A stretch of DNA of 18,780 bases from Candidatus Methylomirabilia bacterium (GTDB lineage Bacteria; Methylomirabilota; Methylomirabilia; Rokubacteriales; CSP1-6), in assembly GCA_041497895.1 (NCBI GenBank), contig JBGQHJ010000098.1:1-18780 (forward strand), in the 5' to 3' direction. Shown here piece by piece: positions 1-7,929 of the stretch. A program made the position numbers and the translations under genes. Numbering within the stretch: position 1 is the first letter of the stretch; each line of letters starts with the position of its first letter. A model generated the notes under the pieces. It was given only the letters and a program-made list of their open reading frames with translations. It was not told the DNA's origin and ran no database searches.

Positions 1-249
1 ACGGCCGCGACGCCGCGTGTCGGGACCAGCGCCAACCCCATGGCGCCGGGCGGGAAGCTGACCAGCGCATTCACCACCGCGACGGGCAAGCCCGGCAAGA
101 CCCCGCCCGGCACACCGTCGGGCCGCACGACCGGGACCCAGTTCGCGCCCAGGATCGGCGCGAACCAGACCGGCATGCCGTCGGGGCTCGTGACTCAGTC
201 GAGGCAGCAGCCCAGACCGTCGCGCTCCGCCACGCCCAATAACCGCTAG
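1..249 (+). CDS. 3' end of a protein truncated by the window edge; Pro/Thr/Gly-rich low-complexity C-terminal tail
   Basis: Frame 1 is open from base 1 (TAATPRVGTSANPMAPGGKLTS...) to TAG at 247-249, with mostly G/C third positions. No recognisable domain. Confidence 0.55.
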   Translation, partial: TAATPRVGTSANPMAPGGKLTSAFTTATGKPGKTPPGTPSGRTTGTQFAPRIGANQTGMPSGLVTQSRQQPRPSRSATPNNR

Positions 250-337
250 CCGGGCCGGCCAGGTCGGCAGAACGATCGCGGTGCTTGCCGCGTCGGATCA
301 TGCCGCCAGCGACCGCGCCGTACCCCGGGAGGACGCG

Positions 338-1435
338 ATGGACGTCGGCCTGCAGATGATCTTCGCCACCTACGGGTGGACCAACGTGTCGGACGAGCAG
401 GCCTGGGACGAGGAGCTGCGGCTCGCCCGCCTGGCCGCCGACCTCGGCTTCGACGTGCTGTGGTCGGTCGAGCACCACTTCAACGACTACTCGTTCTGCC
501 CGGACAACCTCCAGCTCATGTCCTACCTGGCCGCCGAGTGCCCGGACGTCGGCCTCGGCACCGCCGCGGTGATCCTGCCCTGGCACGATCCCCTACGCGT
601 CGCCGAGCAGGCGTCCGTCCTCGACCACCTGAGCCGCGGCCGGCTCCGCCTCGGCATGGGGCGCGGCCTCGCCCGGCGGGAGTTCGAGGCCTTCGGGGGC
701 ACGATGGACGAATCCAGAGGGCGATTCGACGAGGCCGCGGAGATGATCCTGCGTGGCCTTCGCACCGGCATCATGGAGGGTGACGGGCCGTTCTACCGCC
801 AGCCGAGGACCGAGATCCGGCCGCGCCCGACGCGGAGCTTCGACGGGCGGGTGTACGCGGTGGCCTCCTCCGACGACTCGGTGGTCTCGGCCGCCCGGCT
901 CAACGCTCGAATGGTCATGTTCGCCGACCGCCCCTGGCCGATGCGCATGCCGGCCATCCAGAAGCACCGCGATCTGGTGCGCGAGCTGCACGGGCAGGAG
1001 GCGGGGCCGCCCTTGCTGGCCGACTTCTGCGTGTGCACGCCCACCATGGACGGCGCGGCGGAGAAGGCCCGCCAGTACATGGGGAAGTTCGTGGAGAGCA
1101 ACTTCTACCACTACGAGCTGCTGGGGCCGCACTTCAGCACCGTGAAGGGCTACGACGCCTACGCGCAGAAGATCGCGATGGCCCGGGAGATCGGCATGGA
1201 CGGGATCGTCTCCGCGTTCATGGAAGCCGCGGTCTGGGGCACGCCCGACCGGATCCTGCGCACGCTCGAGGAGCGGCGGGCCCTCGTGGGCGAGTTCGAG
1301 CTGGCCACCTCGTTTCGCTTCGGCGGCACGCCCTTCGACCTGGCCGAATCCGGGCTCCGCCTCTACGCCAAGGAGGTCGTGCCGGTGGTGCACTCCTGGA
1401 GGAAGGCGAGCCCCACGGTCAGGACGGCAGGATGA
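338..1435 (+). CDS. LLM class flavin-dependent oxidoreductase (bacterial luciferase-like monooxygenase)
   Basis: Motifs LGFDVLWSVEHHF, LGTAAVILPWHDPLRVAEQ..LDHLSRGRLRLGMGRG and terminal GTPD...LYAKEVVP. ATG338 follows a GGAGG Shine-Dalgarno (SD) sequence, so it is preferred over the ORF-track start at 281. Confidence 0.92.
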   Translation: MDVGLQMIFATYGWTNVSDEQAWDEELRLARLAADLGFDVLWSVEHHFNDYSFCPDNLQLMSYLAAECPDVGLGTAAVILPWHDPLRVAEQASVLDHLSRGRLRLGMGRGLARREFEAFGGTMDESRGRFDEAAEMILRGLRTGIMEGDGPFYRQPRTEIRPRPTRSFDGRVYAVASSDDSVVSAARLNARMVMFADRPWPMRMPAIQKHRDLVRELHGQEAGPPLLADFCVCTPTMDGAAEKARQYMGKFVESNFYHYELLGPHFSTVKGYDAYAQKIAMAREIGMDGIVSAFMEAAVWGTPDRILRTLEERRALVGEFELATSFRFGGTPFDLAESGLRLYAKEVVPVVHSWRKASPTVRTAG

Positions 1436-2471
1436 CCGCCTTGCCCGTCGTCTGGGTGTCGAAGAGCTTGTAGGCCTCCTCGGCCTGCTCGAGCTTCCAG
1501 CGGTGCGTGAAGAGGCGCTCCACGTCCACCCGCTGGTCGGCCACGAACTCGGCGCACTCGGCCTGGCCCTGCTTGGAGAACGTCCAGGAGCCGACGAGCG
1601 TCACCTGCCGGCGCAGCAGGTCGGGGCTCACGTCGAGCGTCACCTGGCCGCGCTCGCCAACGAAGCAGGCCGTGCCCCACGAGCGCACCGCGCGCACCGC
1701 CGCCGCGCGGGCGTCCGGGGCCGAGGAGGCGTCCAGCGTCTTGTGCGCACCTTCTCCGTGCGTCACGCCGCGGATCGCCGCGACCACGTCGCCCGCCCCG
1801 GGATCGATCACCTCGTGCGCCCCGAACTGCTGGGCCAGCTTCCGCCGCTCGGGCGCGATGTCGACCGCGATGACGCGCGCGCCCATGACCACGGCGAGCT
1901 GGGTCGCCGACAGGCCCACCGGCCCCTGGCCGAAGATCGCGATCGTCTCCCCGCCCTGCAGGTTGACCCGCCGGAGCGCGCCCCACGCCGTGCCGGTGCC
2001 GCAGGAGATCGCCGCGCCGGTCACGAAGGAGAGCGCGTCCGGTAGCGGCACCAGCGTCGACACCGGCACCTTCATGTAGCGGGCGTGCCCGCCGTGCCCG
2101 CCCGAGCCGTAGACCACCGTGCCCTCGAGGCACATCTGCGTCCAGCCCGCCCGGCAGTGCTTGCAGGTGCCGCAGCCGTCATAGTGGTGGTCCATCACGC
2201 GCTGGCCGACGCGGGCCTCCTTCTCGGTGACGCCGGCGCCCACCGCCGCGACGATGCCGCAGGGCTCGTGGCCCGCGATCACCCCGGCCTGCCGCTTGAT
2301 GCCCCCCGTCACCGCCCCGCCCGGCTGGGCCGGCGCGCGATAGTTGTGCAGGTCGCTGCCGCACATGCCCGACGCCTTGATCTCCAGGATCACGTCCCGG
2401 GGGCCCGGGGTCGGATCGGGGAAGTCCCTGAGCTCCAGCTTCCGGTCTCCGAGAAACACGACGCCTTTCAT
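1419..2471 (-). CDS. Zinc-binding dehydrogenase (MDR superfamily, threonine/sorbitol dehydrogenase-like), probably NAD-dependent
   Basis: Catalytic Zn motifs CGSD and GHE, structural Zn motif CGTCKHCRAGWTQMC, Rossmann GQGPVG, and an Asp at the end of the second Rossmann strand (AVDIAPER). GGAGG SD upstream on the minus strand. Confidence 0.93.
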   Translation of the reverse strand: MKGVVFLGDRKLELRDFPDPTPGPRDVILEIKASGMCGSDLHNYRAPAQPGGAVTGGIKRQAGVIAGHEPCGIVAAVGAGVTEKEARVGQRVMDHHYDGCGTCKHCRAGWTQMCLEGTVVYGSGGHGGHARYMKVPVSTLVPLPDALSFVTGAAISCGTGTAWGALRRVNLQGGETIAIFGQGPVGLSATQLAVVMGARVIAVDIAPERRKLAQQFGAHEVIDPGAGDVVAAIRGVTHGEGAHKTLDASSAPDARAAAVRAVRSWGTACFVGERGQVTLDVSPDLLRRQVTLVGSWTFSKQGQAECAEFVADQRVDVERLFTHRWKLEQAEEAYKLFDTQTTGKAVILPS

Positions 2472-2502
2472 GGCTTCCTCCGGGGTCTGCGTGTTCGCTT
2501 CC

Positions 2503-2531
2503 TTGACCGCTCCCGGCGGCCAGACTACTCT
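2503..2531 (+). promoter_or_regulatory. Putative sigma70-type promoter for the NIPSNAP gene
   Basis: TTGACC (2503-2508), 17 bp spacer, TACTCT (2526-2531) in the divergent intergenic region. GGAGG SD before ATG2570. Confidence 0.5.
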
Positions 2532-2569
2532 CCTGCCATCCGCTTGACCACGATTTCGGGAGGACCACC

Positions 2570-2896
2570 ATGACGCTCTACGAGATGCGGACCTACACGC
2601 TGCACGTCGGCAAGATGGGCGAGGCGGTCAAGCTCTATACCGAGTTCGGCTACCCCGCGCTCCAGAAAGGCGGCCAGGACAAGAAGCTGATCGGCTACTT
2701 CCAGGCCGACACGGGCATGATCAACCAGCTCGTTCACCTCTGGAAGTTCGCCGACGACGCCGACCGCCGCGCACACTGGGCCGCAGTATTCTCCAACAAG
2801 GATTTCATCGACGGCTTCGCGGTGAAGTTCCGTCCCTTGGTCGCGTCCCAGGAGGTCAAGCTGCTGACCGCGGCCCCGTGGGGACCGCATCCCTGA
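2570..2896 (+). CDS. NIPSNAP family protein
   Basis: N-terminal LYEMRTYTL, central LIGYFQADTGMINQLVHLWKFADDADRRAHW, 108 aa, strong SD. Confidence 0.9.
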   Translation: MTLYEMRTYTLHVGKMGEAVKLYTEFGYPALQKGGQDKKLIGYFQADTGMINQLVHLWKFADDADRRAHWAAVFSNKDFIDGFAVKFRPLVASQEVKLLTAAPWGPHP

Positions 2897-2953
2897 CTCC
2901 CGGCACCTCATCACAGGACGCCTGAAGCCGAGCCTACCCGCTCCCGGCACCTC
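2897..2953 (+). repeat. 13-bp direct repeat CTCCCGGCACCTC, two copies
   Basis: Exact copies at 2897-2909 and 2941-2953. Confidence 0.8.
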
Positions 2954-2955
2954 CC

Positions 2956-2964
2956 TGCTACACT
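2956..2964 (+). promoter_or_regulatory. Putative extended -10 element upstream of the MaoC pair
   Basis: TGcTACACT about 37 bp upstream of ATG3002. AGGAGG SD at 2991-2996. Confidence 0.4.
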
Positions 2965-3001
2965 CGCGGGCGCGGTTCGGCACGACCACAAGGAGGATGC
3001 G

Positions 3002-3460
3002 ATGCCGGTCGACAAGAGCGCTATCGGCAGGACGGGCGAGCCCGTGACCATGCACGTGGAGCGCGGGAAGATCCAGGAGTTCGCGCGCGCCATCAAGGAC
3101 GATGATCCGCTGTACTACGACGAGGGCCACGCGGCGAAAGAGGCCGGCGGCATCATGCCTCCGGTGACGTTCTTGCAGACCGTCGCGCACTGGGACGACG
3201 GGCGCGGCCGGCCGCGCCTGCCCTTCGACCTCAAGCGCGTGCTGCACGGCGAGCAGGAGTTCGAGTTCCTCGCCCCCATCCACGCGGGCGACGTGCTGAC
3301 CGCGGTGAGCCGGATCGTCGACGTGTACGAGAAGCCGGGCAAGCGCGGCGGCTCCATGACCTTCGCGGTGACGGAGACGGAGTACCGCAACGCCCAGGGC
3401 GCGCTGGTGGCCCGCGCGCGCGCCGTCGGCATCGAGACCGGCCAGGTCGTCAAGGACTGA
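3002..3460 (+). CDS. MaoC dehydratase N-terminal (FAS1-like / HadA-like) hotdog-fold subunit
   Basis: VERGKIQEFARAIKDDDPLYYD..A, PPVTF, VLHGEQEFEFLAPIHAGDVL and ETEYRN motifs typical of MaoC_dehydrat_N proteins. Confidence 0.88.
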   Translation: MPVDKSAIGRTGEPVTMHVERGKIQEFARAIKDDDPLYYDEGHAAKEAGGIMPPVTFLQTVAHWDDGRGRPRLPFDLKRVLHGEQEFEFLAPIHAGDVLTAVSRIVDVYEKPGKRGGSMTFAVTETEYRNAQGALVARARAVGIETGQVVKD

Positions 3461-3472
3461 GAGGAGATCGCC

Positions 3473-3907
3473 ATGCCCGCGACCAAGCGCTTCTGGGAGG
3501 ACGTCAAGGTCGGTGACCCCCTGCCCGAGGTCCGCGTCGACAAGCTCACGCGGACCGACTTCGTGAAGTACGCCGGGGCCTCGGGCGACTTCAACCCGAT
3601 CCACCACGATCAGACCTTCGCCGAGGCCTCCGGGAACCCCACCGTGTTCGCCATGGGCATGCTCAACGCGGGCATCCTGAGCCGGGTGGTCACCGGGTTC
3701 GCGGGACGGCCCAACGTGCGCCGCTACAAGGTGCGCTTCTCGACGCGGGCCTGGCCGGGCGACGACGTGGTCTGCCGGGGCACGGTGACGCGCAAGCTCG
3801 AGCAGGGGGGCGAGAAGCTGGTGGAGGGTGAGCTCGAAGCCATCAACCAGAAGGGCGAGACCCTCATCAGCGGCACCTTCGTCGCGGCGCTGCCGTCGCG
3901 GGGCTGA
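3473..3907 (+). CDS. MaoC family (R)-specific hydratase/dehydratase, HadB-like catalytic subunit
   Basis: Hydratase-2 motif YAGASGDFNPIHHD..FA carrying the Asp/His dyad. GAGGAG SD; 12-bp gap from the previous gene. Confidence 0.9.
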   Translation: MPATKRFWEDVKVGDPLPEVRVDKLTRTDFVKYAGASGDFNPIHHDQTFAEASGNPTVFAMGMLNAGILSRVVTGFAGRPNVRRYKVRFSTRAWPGDDVVCRGTVTRKLEQGGEKLVEGELEAINQKGETLISGTFVAALPSRG

Positions 3908-3915
3908 GGCGGCCC

Positions 3916-4953
3916 ATGAAGCTCGGGCTCTCGATCGGGTACTCCGGTGCCCACCTCGACCTGCCGGTGGCGCGCGTGCAGCTCGCGGAGCGGCTGGGCT
4001 ACGACTCGGTGTGGACGGCGGAGGCGTACGGGTCGGATGCCCTGACGCCGCTGGCCTACCTGGCGGCGGTGACGACGCGCATCCGCCTCGGCACCGGGAT
4101 CATGCAGCTCGCCGCGCGCACCCCCGCCGCCGCCGCGATGGCGGTGGGCACGATCGACGCGCTGGCCGGCGGCGGGCGCGTCATCGCGGGCCTCGGCGTG
4201 TCGGGCTCGCAGATCGTGGAGGGCTGGTACGGGCAGCCCTGGGGCAAGCCCTACTGGCGCCTCCGCGATTACGTGGCCATCATGCGAAAAGTCTTTGCCC
4301 GCAAGTCGCCCGTGCAGCACGAGGGCCGTGAGATCTCGCTGCCCTACACGGGCCCGGGCTCGGCCGGGCTGGCCAAGCCCCTGACGTCGATCTTGCACAT
4401 GCGTCCGGATATCCCGATCTGGCTGGGGACGGGCGGCGAGTCCACCGTGAAGCTCACCGCCGAGATCGCGGACGGCTGGCTGCCCCTGGGCTTCACGCCC
4501 GCCCGCATGAAAGCCTTCCGGCCCTGGCTGGACGAGGGGCTCCGCCGCGCCGGCGGCGGCAAGACCCTGCGTGACCTCGAGATCCAGCCGCGCGCCTTCG
4601 TGGTGCTGACCGACGACGTGCGGGCGGGGCTACGGACCCTCAAGCCGCGCGTGGCGCTCTACGTCGGCGGCATGGGCCACCGCGACAAGAACTTCCACAC
4701 CCAGGCGATGGCCGCCAACGGGTATGGCGAGGCGGCCGAGCGCATCCAGGAGCTCTACCTGGCCGGCCGCAAGGCGGAGGCGGTCGCCGCGGTGCCCGAC
4801 GACTTCATCGACGAGGGCGCGCTGGTGGGGCCGCGGGACCGGATCCGCGAGCGCTTCCGCGCGTGGGCGGACAGCGGCGCGACGGGCCTCACCGTGGCCA
4901 CCCAGCAGGACGAAGCCATCGAGTTGATGGCCGACCTGGCCGGGTGCCGATGA
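3916..4953 (+). CDS. LLM class oxidoreductase, probably F420-dependent
   Basis: AERLGYDSVWTAEAYGSDA, RIRLGTGIMQLAARTPA, GLGVSGSQIVEGWYG, EIADGWLP and ALYVGGMG..KNF match the probable F420-dependent LLM subfamily. Confidence 0.88.
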   Translation: MKLGLSIGYSGAHLDLPVARVQLAERLGYDSVWTAEAYGSDALTPLAYLAAVTTRIRLGTGIMQLAARTPAAAAMAVGTIDALAGGGRVIAGLGVSGSQIVEGWYGQPWGKPYWRLRDYVAIMRKVFARKSPVQHEGREISLPYTGPGSAGLAKPLTSILHMRPDIPIWLGTGGESTVKLTAEIADGWLPLGFTPARMKAFRPWLDEGLRRAGGGKTLRDLEIQPRAFVVLTDDVRAGLRTLKPRVALYVGGMGHRDKNFHTQAMAANGYGEAAERIQELYLAGRKAEAVAAVPDDFIDEGALVGPRDRIRERFRAWADSGATGLTVATQQDEAIELMADLAGCR

Positions 4954-4977
4954 GGGCACCGGCCCGGACGTAGCCGG

Positions 4978-6306
4978 TTGACGCGAGACCTCGGGGCCCA
5001 GGAGCGGCTGGACGCTGCCTTCGCCCGTGAGGAGCGGCGGGGCCTGATGGTGGCGGCCGCCGCGCGCTCGGCGGCGGTGGTGTTCATCCTGGGGTGGCTG
5101 GCGGTGGCGAGCCCCGAGCGAGGCCCGGCCTACGCCTGGGTCCTCGGCTCCGCGACCTTCTTCCTCGTGACCGGGCTCGCGCAACTCTGGCTCTACCGTC
5201 GGGGACGGGCGCTGCAGCTGGCCGCCTACCTGCTGATCCTCGTGGACTCGCTCGCGCTGGCGGCGGCCCTCTTGCTGCCGAACCCCTACGCCACCCCGGA
5301 GGTGCCGCCGGCGATACCGCTGCGCTACGCCACGTTCATGTACTTCTTCGTCTTGCTCATGCAGGCCGCGTTCTCCTTCCGGCCCCGGCTGCTCCTGTGG
5401 ACGGGGCTGTGCGGGGCCGGCGCCTGGACGGCCGGCTTTCTCTGGATCGTGACGCGGCCCGAGACCATCACCGACCCGCCCGCCGGGGCCAGCCGCGCCG
5501 CGATGCGGGCCGCCTACTTCGATCCGAACTATGTCTCGATCCTCAAGTACCAGAACGAGGTCATCGTGTTCCTGCTCGTGAGCGCCGGGCTCGCCCTCCT
5601 GGTCCGGCGCTCGCGCACCCTGGTGGCCGAGCGGGCCACCGCGGAACGCGCCCGCGGGAACCTCGCCCGCTACTTCTCGCCCAAGGTGGTGGATACGCTG
5701 GCCGAGCGAGACGAGCCGCTGGGCCGCGTGCGCCGGCAGGTGGTCGGCGTGCTCTTCGCCGACCTGGTGGGCTTCACCACCATGGCCGAGGAGATGACGC
5801 CGGAGGAGGTCATGGCGTTGTTGCGGGACTTCCACGGTCGCATGGAAGAGGAAGTGTTCCGCCACGGCGGCTGCCTGGAGAAATTCATCGGCGACGCGCT
5901 GCTGGCCACCTTTGGCGTTCCCGACACCGGCCGCCGGGACGCGACCGACGCCCTGGCCTGCGCCCGGGGCATGCTGGCGGCCCTCACGGCCTGGAACCTC
6001 GAGCGGGAGGCGGCGGGGCTACGGCCCCTGCAGATGGGGCTGGGTCTGCACTACGGCCCGGTGGTGGCCGGCGACATCGGCAGCCGCCGCAGCATGGCCT
6101 TCGCGACGGTGGGCGACACCACCAACGTCACCAGCCGGCTACAGTCCCTCACGCGCGAGCTGCGAGTCCGCCTCGTGGCCAGTGGTGCCCTGGTGGCCGC
6201 CGTCGAGCGCGAGGCCGCCGATCCCGCGCTCCTGCTCGGGCTGACCACGCGGGGGCCCACCGTGCTGCGGGGGCGCGACACGCCGATCGAGCTGTGGGCG
6301 GAGTAG
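4978..6306 (+). CDS. Membrane-anchored class III adenylate/guanylate cyclase
   Basis: About 6 hydrophobic segments at the N-terminus, then LARYFSP linker, VLFADLVGFT (metal Asp), EKFIGD (Lys and second Asp), GLHYGPVVAGDIG, VGDTTNVTSRL (Asn/Arg) and LRGR. The TTG start is uncertain. Confidence 0.9.
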   Translation: MTRDLGAQERLDAAFAREERRGLMVAAAARSAAVVFILGWLAVASPERGPAYAWVLGSATFFLVTGLAQLWLYRRGRALQLAAYLLILVDSLALAAALLLPNPYATPEVPPAIPLRYATFMYFFVLLMQAAFSFRPRLLLWTGLCGAGAWTAGFLWIVTRPETITDPPAGASRAAMRAAYFDPNYVSILKYQNEVIVFLLVSAGLALLVRRSRTLVAERATAERARGNLARYFSPKVVDTLAERDEPLGRVRRQVVGVLFADLVGFTTMAEEMTPEEVMALLRDFHGRMEEEVFRHGGCLEKFIGDALLATFGVPDTGRRDATDALACARGMLAALTAWNLEREAAGLRPLQMGLGLHYGPVVAGDIGSRRSMAFATVGDTTNVTSRLQSLTRELRVRLVASGALVAAVEREAADPALLLGLTTRGPTVLRGRDTPIELWAE

Positions 6307-6315
6307 CCGCGCGAC

Positions 6316-6870
6316 ATGGCCCAGAACGCGACCATCTTCAAGGTCACTCTCGAGATCGCGGACATCGACCGCGCCTACTACCACGACCACGCCCTGACGA
6401 TCGCACGGCACCCGTCGGAGACCGATGAGCGCATGATGGTGCGCCTCCTGGCCTTCGCCCGGCACGCGGACGCGGCGCTAGCCTTCGGCAAGGGCCTGGG
6501 GACCGACGATGAGCCGGACCTCTGGCGAAAGGACCTGACCGGGGCCATCGATGTCTGGATCGACGTGGGGCAACCGGATGAGAGACGGATCCGACGAGCC
6601 TGCGGCCGCGCCGAGGCCGTCTTCGTCTACAGCTACGGAGGGCGTGGCGCCGGCCTCTGGTGGGAAGAGGCCGGCGCAAGGCTCGACCGCGTCGCCAACC
6701 TGACGGTCGTCAATCTGCCCTTCGCTGCCACCCAAGCTCTGGCAAAACTGGCGCGGCGGACCATGCGACTGCACTGCACGATGCAGGACGGCCAGATCTG
6801 GGTGGCGGACTCGGAGCAGAGCGTGGCCATCGAGCTCGAGGTCCTGAAACATCCGCGCCCAGAAGAGTAG
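6316..6870 (+). CDS. yaeQ: YaeQ family protein
   Basis: MAQNATIFK..L.IADIDR.YY..H.LTIARHPSETDERMMVRLLAF, FGKGL.TDDEPDLW.KDLTG and WIDVGQPDE.R are the characteristic YaeQ pattern. Confidence 0.93.
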   Translation: MAQNATIFKVTLEIADIDRAYYHDHALTIARHPSETDERMMVRLLAFARHADAALAFGKGLGTDDEPDLWRKDLTGAIDVWIDVGQPDERRIRRACGRAEAVFVYSYGGRGAGLWWEEAGARLDRVANLTVVNLPFAATQALAKLARRTMRLHCTMQDGQIWVADSEQSVAIELEVLKHPRPEE

Positions 6871-7031
6871 CTCCTGGTGTTTCTCGTGCTCTCGCGACCG
6901 GCCCCGTGGAATATACTGGGTGCAGATTTCGCCTCCGGGCCCGGCGCCCGGGGGGTGCCGCGGTCGATCCGGACCAAGCGGGGCCGATCGATCCCTCCGG
7001 GAGGTCACGCACGGTACCCACCGAGCACGAC

Positions 7032-7922
7032 ATGAGGGTGCAGGCCGCGAGAGGGACACCTCGAGTCAGTGTCGGCATGCCGGTCTACAACGGGGAGCGC
7101 TTCGTCGGGCAGGCGCTGGACTCGCTGGTGGCCCAGAGCTTCACGGACCTCGAGATCGTCATCTCCGACAACGCATCCAGCGACGGCACCGCGGCGATCT
7201 GCGCGGAGTACGCGCGACGCGACGACCGCATCCGGTACGTCAGGAACGCCCGGAACGTCGGGCTCGCCAAGAACTTCCAGCGGGTGGTGGCGCTCTCGAC
7301 CGGCCACTACTTCAAGCTCGCCAACGCGGACGACCTGTGCAGCCCGGATCTGGTCGCGCGGTGTGTCGACGTGCTGGATCGGCACCCCGAGGTGGTGCTG
7401 TGCTACGGCAAGACCATCCTGATCGATGGCGAGGGGCGGATCCTGCGGCCGTACGAGGACCGGCTCGGTCTGCTCTCCGCGAGCGTGACCGAGCGGTTCC
7501 GGCAGGTTCTGGACCGGGTGGGTCTGGTCAACGTGCTTCAGGGCGTGATGCGCGTCGAGGCCTTGCGGCGGACCGGGCTCATCGAGAGCTACCTCGGCGC
7601 CGACATGGTGCTGGTCGTCGAGCTCGCGCTCCACGGTCAGTTCCACGAGCTGCCCGAGCGGCTCTTCCGGCGCCGGATTCACGAGGAAGCGTTCAGCACG
7701 CGAGCGCACGAGGATCAGCAGGCGCTGTGGGAGCCCCAAGTCCGGCGGAGAATGGAGCTGTATCTCTGGCGCCACTACGTGGGATACCTGCGGGCCATCG
7801 CGCGAACCCAGCTCCCCTCGACCACGAAGCTCCGCCTGGCCGCGGTGGTAGCGCGGCGTGGCATCACGGCCCGGAGAGCGCTCGCACGCGAGCTGGTCGG
7901 GGGGCTGGGGGCTCGCCGGTGA
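7032..7922 (+). CDS. Glycosyltransferase family 2 (GT-A fold)
   Basis: PRVSVGMPVYNGERF, IVISDNASSDGT, RNVGLAKNF, YFKLANADD (DxD-equivalent) and GADMVL. ATG7032 chosen because the ORF-track extension to 6660 overlaps yaeQ. Confidence 0.9.
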   Translation: MRVQAARGTPRVSVGMPVYNGERFVGQALDSLVAQSFTDLEIVISDNASSDGTAAICAEYARRDDRIRYVRNARNVGLAKNFQRVVALSTGHYFKLANADDLCSPDLVARCVDVLDRHPEVVLCYGKTILIDGEGRILRPYEDRLGLLSASVTERFRQVLDRVGLVNVLQGVMRVEALRRTGLIESYLGADMVLVVELALHGQFHELPERLFRRRIHEEAFSTRAHEDQQALWEPQVRRRMELYLWRHYVGYLRAIARTQLPSTTKLRLAAVVARRGITARRALARELVGGLGARR

Positions 7923-7929
7923 CCCGGGT

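Noticed and set aside
2897..2953. Direct repeat considered as a mini-CRISPR
   Set aside because: Only two 13-bp copies, too short for CRISPR repeats, and no cas genes.
6660..7031. 124-aa N-terminal extension of the GT2 given by the ORF track
   Set aside because: It overlaps yaeQ, has low-complexity composition, and the GT2 domain begins right after ATG7032.
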